Positions 56,366 through 64,000 of a stretch of DNA of 64,000 bases are shown in pieces; the stretch's first letter is position 1, and the number at the start of each line of letters is the position of its first letter. A model generated the notes under the pieces. The model saw only the letters and a program-made list of their open reading frames with translations, was not told the origin of the DNA and made no database searches. The stretch lies in assembly GCF_009914755.1 (NCBI RefSeq), contig NC_060936.1; one strand, given 5' to 3'. The position numbers were made by a program, and so were the translations under genes. The stretch is from the human T2T-CHM13v2.0 reference genome, Homo sapiens.

Positions 56366-56941
56366 TGTATTAGTTGGGGTTTTCTACAGGGACAGAATTG
56401 ATAGGATATGTGTATATATAAAAGAAAGTTTATTAGGGAGAATTGACTCCCATGATTACAAGGCAAAGTCCCACAATAGGGTATCTGCAAGCTGGTGAAA
56501 GACAGAAACTGGCAGTGACTCAGTCCAAGTCCAAAAGCTTCAGCACGAGGAAAACTGACAGCGCAGCCTTCAGTCTGAAGGCCTGGGAGCCCCACAAGTC
56601 TTTTGCTGCAAGTTCCAGAGTTCAAAGACTGAAGAACATGGAGTGTGAAGTCCGAGGGTGGGAGGAGAGGAAGCCAAGTGTCCAGCAGGAGAAGAGAGAG
56701 AGTGGAAAGACTCAGCAGCAAAGTAATTATCCCTCTTCATCTGCCTGCTTTGTTCCAGCTGCGCTGGCAGCCAATTGGATGGTGCCCACCCACACTGAGG
56801 GTGGGTCTTTCTCTTCCAGTCCACTGACTCATGTCAGTCTCCCTTGGCAACACCCTTACAGACACACCCATGAACAACACTTTACCAGCCATTTAGGCAT
56901 CCCTAATCCAGTCAAGTTGACACCTAATATTAACCATCACA
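56366..56941 (-). mobile_element. MLT2B (ERV-L) solo LTR inserted in the 3' LTR
   Basis: 'gattggatggtgcccaccca'-type core, ends 'cctaatattaaccatcaca'; 5-bp TSD ctttc/ctttt. Confidence 0.9.
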
Positions 56942-57337
56942 CTTTTTCTTTTTCCTCCTTATTTACTTTATGTTTAATTTCTTACAAATGAAATATGACC
57001 TTTGCTCTCTTTCTTTCCACCAGGTACAATGTCCTCCTTATCTAATTATACACTTGCTTAGAAGTTCCAGGGACTGAATCTTAAAACAATCCAAGCACCT
57101 ATAGAATTTTTCCCCACCAGGAGAATACCTCAAGGTTGCAGTTAATTTACAACCTGATTACGCCAGGATGCCCCAGCCCATTCACCAGAGGGGGCAATGA
57201 CTCAGGACAAGTCATTGGTGCAAGTCACGTAGACCTGCAACTTCTTGCCCCTCCTGCATTCTCCCTCTACTAAGCTTTCCTTTTTAAGCCGTTGCATTCT
57301 GTCCAAAATTTGAAATGGTTTCTCTAAGGCATGAAGC

Positions 57338-58133
57338 TGTTATGGGAGGGGGACAGGGACGTGCTGGGTAGAGAAAAGCGGGTCCTGGGCTAGGGCTTCA
57401 CCCTCAGGCCTGTGCCCACGGACCTAGGTGAGGACAGGCACTCCTGCCTTTGGCCCAAATGTTGCATTTTCCAAGACCACCCTGGCCTGCCATGCCCACA
57501 TCCTGTGCCTATAAAAACCCCAAGACCCTAGCAGGAACACACAAGCGGCTGGACATGGAGAGAAACACATCAGCGGAAGAACACACAAGCGGCTGGATGT
57601 CCAGAGGATGTCGAGAACACCAGCATGCCAGCAGGCCATTCTCCCGGTGGAACGTGGAGTTTAGCTGAGGGGGTTGGAAGACGCCTGGGCCGCTGAGTGG
57701 CCCAACTTCAGGGGAAAACCTTCCCACTCCATCCACTTCTGGCTTCCCCCATTTGCTGAGTGCTACCTCCATTCAATAAAACCTGCACTCATTCTCCAAG
57801 CCCAGGTGTGACCCGATTCTTCTGGTAGACCAAGGCAAGAACCCGAGATACAGAAAGCCCTCTGTCCCTGCGACAAGGTAGAGGGTCTAATTGAGCTGGT
57901 TAACACAAGCTGCCTATAGATGGCAAAAATAAAAGAGCACGAGGTAGCACAGGCCCACTGGGGCCTCAGGAGCTGTAAACATCCATCCCTAGATGCTACC
58001 GTGGGGTTGGAGCTCCACAGCCTGCCTGTCTGCATGCTTCCCTAGAGGTTTGAGCAGTGGGGCACTGAAGAAGCGAGCCACTCCCCCTGTCGCACACCCC
58101 GCGATGGGGGACAAGGGAACCTTTCCCGTTTGA
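57338..58133 (+). mobile_element. LTR1-family (HUERS-P2) solo LTR inserted in the 3' LTR
   Basis: 'ggacctaggtgaggacaggcactcc', TATA 'cctataaaaacccc', AATAAA at ~57775; 4-bp TSD aagc/gagc. Confidence 0.85.
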
Positions 58134-58260
58134 GAGCCGGGGCCATTTCCCCACTGTTAGCTCTGGAATAAAGTGAGTTTTCTTCTACCACACCTTGTAC
58201 TTGTTATCTGACTTTGCAAGTGGTGAGCGACTGAACCTGCATGGAGTTGCAATATTAGTG

Positions 58261-58567
58261 TTTTTTTTTTTTTTTTTTTTTGAGACAGAGTGTCGCTTTG
58301 TCGCCTAGGCTGGAGTGCAGTGACGCGATCTCGGCTCACTGCAAGCTCCGCCTCCTGGGTTCACGCCATTCTCCTGCCTCAGCCTCCCTCCCGAGTAGCT
58401 GGGACTACAGGCGCCCACCCCCATGCCCAGCTAATTTTTTTGTATTTTTAGTAGAGACGGGGTTTCACTCTGTTAGCCAGGATGGTCTCGATCTTCTGAC
58501 CTCGTGATCCACCCGCCTCGGCCTCCCAAAGTGCTAGGATTACAGGCGTGAACCACCGCGCCCGGCC
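58261..58567 (-). mobile_element. AluY
   Basis: AluY diagnostics, long T tract; TSD caatattagtgt overlapping the proviral 3' end. Confidence 0.95.
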
Positions 58568-60739
58568 ACAATATTAGTGTTTTATTTGACCTCTCTCGTC
58601 CTCCTTTTTCAGTCAGTTTCTAAAGGCATTTGACTTCTCGGTCTCCATCTTTTTAATTTCACACCATAGCTGGAAAGCACTAAGTTGATATTTTAAAAAT
58701 AATTCAAACATTCAATTTTAGGTCAAATATAGGGAATTTGGAAAATAGTAGACAGTTTATTATTAATAAGAACCACTACTAGTGCACTATCTTTAAAACA
58801 ATGTAAACTAGCAAATTTGAGATGCAGAATAAAGCCCAGAACCTACATCTAATTCTGAAAGCACCAAGAACATAAAAATCCAACTTACTACTGAATGTCA
58901 AAGTAGAAAATAAAGTGCTATAATTTTCTTTACTTTCCTATTAAAGGAGAATTTATCTAAATTCAAAAAACATGGTTTAAGAAGCAGTCTATTTAAACCA
59001 TGTCTAAATTCATCTACTGAGGGTATAGTGTGAATGTTTTATCAACAAGGACATGATGATTCTTTTGTCTTCTTATACTACAATTTAAATTTTATTCTTT
59101 AATTTTCTGAAATGTGTCAAATACCAATAGCCTGTGGCTGCTTATAAAATATTTATGTAAAAAATTATTCAATAAAAAAAATCCAAACAGCAGCTGAGCT
59201 CATACATAATTTAGCAAATGGAAAACTACTTCTATTCATGTGCAGAGGCCAGACGACAGAGATGATACTCCCCTGAACCCTGAAGGCAAATGTAGAGCAA
59301 GAGAATTCTGGCAGAGAAAGAGGGGAGGAAGAAGCCAATACCAAATACAAATGGCCCTATTCTCTTTTATATAATATTCACATTTGGAGCCAGAAATGGG
59401 GTGACTTAGCTCGTCATTATTTCCAAAAAATGGCACATGTCCCAGCTACTTGTCTCTTAAATCTCTTTCAAGTAAATAAATAGTGTTTTTAGTCTTTTGG
59501 AGTGGGATGGATTTCCTCTGACCATTGGCTGAGAAGCAATCAGTCTGGTGTATGTGGCTCCACCCTGAAGCTTTGAGTAGAATAGCTTGGTAGATTTTTA
59601 ATGGCACCTGGACTTGGATTCTTTTAACTACTGACTCTAGGCTTGAAATTCAATTCTAATTTACCAGTATGACAGCATAATTTTTATGAAGCTGCAATTC
59701 AGTATGTTTGTGACTCTCTCCCTCTATTCACATGCAGAAGTAATGAGCTCTAATGTATTGCTCTTGCCAGATACACTGATGGCTGTGTGCAGGCTGTCCA
59801 AAAATGCAATGTCTCCCGTCTAGTGTTTCTCTTCCCTTATATACAGAAGTGAAGGCCTTGAGCAGATTACTCTTTCAGATGTATATAGGCCCAGGGAAAC
59901 CAGGAGGTATTGATTGTATCAATAATTAGATTACAGGCACACAATTATACTATGGCCTAGCTATTCTGTATTCCAACAGGGATTTTATTTTTAATGTTTT
60001 GTATCTAACTTTTTGAATTTTGATGATGTTATTAGTTGTATTTTTAGCAATAAAAATAAATGGAATCTTGTTATTACAAAGATGAATAACCATGGAAAAT
60101 AACTTCTTAGTCTCTAATGGCCAGGTTTATAATTACTCATTTGCACATTTGATTGGTCATTGTAACATAAGAAATGGTAAATGAATAATATTGGCTATAA
60201 AAACCTCAGAAGTAGACGCTTACCTTCTTTTTTAAAGAAGTGTATGTCTAATAAAACTGAAACATTACAGTTAGCTTGTGACTGCCTCCTGTTTTTCCCT
60301 GTATCTTTTCTTTGTGATTTTTGCTTTCCAGGGATGCAAGGCTTGAAGATAGAGCAGTTACACCCTCTTGCTCAGAATTCAAGTGTCATAGGTTGAGAGC
60401 ATATATTTGGCTTTCATAAATAGTTAATATCCTCTAGGGATTGTATTTTGTGTAGTATACAGGCTTTAATATGAGAAAGAGAGACCCTTTCTACTCTCCT
60501 TCCCTATCAATCAAGTCATATTTCCCTCTTTCTGCACTCCAAGAAGGGATGCCCCATCTCAAATGCTGGGTAGCTCTATTTGATTATACATACTATTTTT
60601 ATGTAATATTGCTGGTGACTTTGTCCCCAAAAGAGTATAAGTAGGAATATTTGTTGTCTCCACAGAATCAGGTGTACACTTTCTCTCCTTGTTTGAGAGG
60701 CACTTTTTCTTTCTCTTTTAAGAGAGGCACTGTGGCACT

Positions 60740-61440
<701 letters not shown>

Positions 61441-61621
61441 ATGATTGCATCATATATCTGTTGAACATTTGATATGTGTCAGAGACTAAAGTGGATTCTG
61501 AGGACATGACTATAATACAAGAAACTTGTGCTCTGCCTTCAAGATGTTTATGGTCTGGTAGGCAAGAACGATGATGCCAGCTGCACCTCTTGTGAGTGCA
61601 GGGTAGGTTTATTCTCATTAA

Positions 61622-61930
61622 CTTTATTCATTTATTTATTATTTTATGAGACAAGGTATTCCTCTGTCTCCCAGGCTGGAGTACAGTAGTACAATCATAG
61701 CTCACTGCAGCCTCCAACTCCTGGGTTGAAGAGATTCTCCCACCTCAGCCACCCAAGTAGCTAGGACTAAAGCCACACACTGCCACACCCAGCTAATATT
61801 TTAATTGTTTTGTAAAGATGGGTCTGACTATGTTGTCCAGGCTGGTCTGAAACTCCTGGCCTCAAGTGATCCTTCCACCAGGGTCTCCCAAAGTGTTGGG
61901 ATTACAGATGTGAGCCACCACACCTGACCC
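61622..61930 (-). mobile_element. AluJ
   Basis: Diverged reverse Alu dimer. Confidence 0.9.
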
Positions 61931-61957
61931 CTACTAACTTTAACTTTAAATTATTTA

Positions 61958-62047
61958 TTTAAGAATGTTGAATATTGGCCCCCAATATCCTCTGGCTTGT
62001 AGAGTTTCTGCTGAGAGTTCTGCTGTTAGTCTCACGGGCTTCCCTTG
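61958..62047 (-). mobile_element. Short L1PA ORF1 fragment
   Basis: 'tttaagaatgttgaatattggcccc...ctggcttgtagagtttctgctgagag...ctgttagtct'. Confidence 0.8.
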
Positions 62048-62054
62048 AGATAAA

Positions 62055-62492
62055 AGCTGGAGAAAGAGAGAAGCCAGTAGTGTGGCTCAGTCCAAGTCTG
62101 AAAGCCTCAAAACCAGGGGAGCCAACAGTGTAGCCTTCTCTCTGAGGCTAAAGGCCCGAGAACCAGGGGGAGGGGCTTCTGATGGGTGTCTCAGAGTCCA
62201 AAGGCCAAACAACTTGGAGGCTGATGTCCAAGGGCAGGAGAGGAAGCCAAGTGTCCAGCATGGCATGGGAAGAGAGAGAGTGGGAAGGTTCTCTCTCTTT
62301 CTTCCAGCTGAGCTGGCAGCCAATTGGATGGTGCCCACCCACGTTGAGGGTGGGTTTTCCTCTCCCAGTCCACTGACTCAAATGTCATTCTCCATTGGTA
62401 ACACCCTCTCAGACACACCAGGAACAATGCTTCTTCAGCCATCTAGGCATCTCTCAATCCAGTAGAGTAGACACCTAATATTAACCATCACA
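62055..62492 (-). mobile_element. MLT2B LTR, partial
   Basis: Similar to 56490-56941; ends 'cctaatattaaccatcaca'. Confidence 0.88.
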
Positions 62493-62494
62493 GT

Positions 62495-64000
62495 TGACTT
62501 AATTTCTAATGTTATCATAATCACTACTCAACCCCTAGAAAAATATAAGAACTCCCTTTAGTCCACTGTGATTTTTATTTATTTTCATTCTATTTCCATA
62601 TGCCCTAAGTTAGTCATCATTATTAATACTATTTTATATAGTCTATCATTATTTTGATTTGTTAGATGTTTAACAATTTATTTGTTCATAATTGCTTCTT
62701 GCCTTCCACTCCATCCTTTTGGATTCAACTTTCCACTTTCTAAAATATATCATTTAGTAATTGTTTTGCAAGGGTCTACAAACAGTAAACTCTTTAGTCA
62801 TAGTTGTCTGAAAATTTCTTAATTTCTCAGTCAATTGTGGGTACTTTAGATATATAGAGAATTCAAGGTATACAGATTTTTTTTTCCTTTTTTCCTTTGG
62901 CACTTTTAAGATACTTTTTTGTTGTCTTCTTGCATTGCATTAGGGTGACCAACTTGTCTCAGTTTATGAAGACTTTCCTGATTTCAGCACTAAAAAGTCC
63001 GGAGACCTTGAAATCTTCTCAGTCTCAGGAAAACTAGAATTGTTGACCATCCCACCTTAAATGTTGCTGTTGATAAATCTGATAATTGTCTAATTTTTGT
63101 TTCTTGTAAATAATATGTATTTCTTTGTTGTTTTTACTTTTAATATTTTCTCTTTCATTTTAGCATTGCATTAAGTTGGTTGCCAGCATGCCGGGAACTG
63201 GGCAGAGGGAGGGGGCTAAAAGTGAGGGCATCTCCCTTTGCAGTATGTAAACTTTCTTTTAATTCTTCTGTTTTCAGCATGTGTCCTCAGTAGCGCCTGG
63301 CATCCACAAGTCCAGACTTGTCTGGTTTAACTTGCACTCTTCTGCCTGGTGAATTAGAAGTAGCCACTTGGCTACTTGGGTGTTAGAAGAGTATTTGGGG
63401 GATTTAATCTTACTTTTTAAAGATTTCCAACCAATTCTTCTTTGGTCTGCTGCTCTCCCTGTCTTTAGAGGTCCTGGTGCTCTTAATTACTTGACTTCCT
63501 GGGGTTCAGTAACTTGAATTACCTTGATTATTTTTCATTTCCTTTATTTTCCACCACTCTCTCTCTCACATCAACACCATAGGTTTGGATTTCTACTTTC
63601 TCCAGCTCAATAAATCAACTATCATGTATTGATCCTAGTTCTAGCTTCCAAAATTTTGTTGGCATTTATTGTCTTCTCTTCCATTGTCATGACCTTACAT
63701 ATTTAAGCCTTTAAAAAATTTTTCTTTACTTTCATTTTGGTCGGGTTTCAGAAGTAGAATAAGCGCTTGTGTTAAATCTGTCATGTTTTACCAAAATCTC
63801 AAGGACTATATATTTTTTTCTTTCTATAAGTTCCATTTAGATTTTGTAAAATCTCCACTTTTTTCTCTTAGGGTCTTATTTTCTTGGTATTTTCATAGGA
63901 TATGTTTTGAATACTTTTAAATGTACTGATTTTATCATCTTTTTCTGGTTGCTCTTTCATCTCAAGTCATTGGGGGTGTAGCTGACCTTCTTTTTGTCTG
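62495..64000 (-). mobile_element. Ancient L1M/HAL1-type remnants
   Basis: T-rich antisense ORF1-like stretches ('tgtctgaaaatttc', 'atgttgctgttgataaatctgat'). Confidence 0.45.
62941..63054 (+). mobile_element. MER81 (hAT-Blackjack MITE)
   Basis: TAGGGTGACCAAC start, 'tttcagcactaaaaagtcc', decayed right TIR. Confidence 0.75.

Larger units (their letters stand above)
44502..58251 (+). mobile_element. Decayed class I (gamma-like) endogenous provirus, LTR-gag-pro-pol-env-LTR, with nested insertions
   Basis: Paired LTRs beginning TGTAAT..AGTACCCTATTTTTAA (44502, 56324). PBS-like 45344-45361, splice donor AGGGTAAG at ~45614, PPT 'ggcagtggggagt' at 56311-56323, 4-bp TSD atat. L2-like host sequence continues on both sides. 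Confidence 0.92.
56324..58251 (+). mobile_element. 3' LTR in three pieces (56324-56365, 56942-57337, 58134-58251)
   Basis: Matches the 5' LTR ('cagggactgaatcttaaaacaatcca', 'ggccatttccccactg.tagc.ctg.aataaagt'); ends ttgca. Confidence 0.88.

Noticed and set aside
56167-56991. Opposing 184-aa and 182-aa ORFs
   Set aside because: They lie mostly within the MLT2B LTR, and similar peptides recur in the second MLT2B at 62082-62465.

Overview
Primate (most likely human or great ape: AluY and L1PA3 present) non-coding genomic DNA made up mostly of decayed transposable elements. No intact host protein-coding gene, RNA gene or CRISPR array is supported, and every long ORF in the track traces to L1, Alu, MaLR or ERV sequence. 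1-21 kb is a nested stack of plus-strand L1s: an old L1MB host containing a near full-length L1PB4-like element, which itself contains an L1PA3 and four Alus. 21-39 kb is a mix of MIR, L2, DNA transposons and MaLR elements. 39.9-43.2 kb is a two-LTR non-autonomous MER83-type provirus on the minus strand. 44.5-58.25 kb is a decayed gag-pro-pol-env class I provirus on the plus strand, whose env reads like envR(b)/ERVPABLB-1 and which is interrupted by L1PA, L1PB1, MLT2B and LTR1 insertions. I did not find a convincing new biological system. The best second-look items are structural: the envR(b)-like provirus, an L1-associated deletion of its env fusion core, a ~235-bp local templated duplication inside a MER63A, an ~80-bp micro-inversion inside an L1, and an L1 with a chimeric 3' end. 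Family names come from my recollection of consensus sequences, not from a database search. Boundaries without a quoted TSD are approximate.
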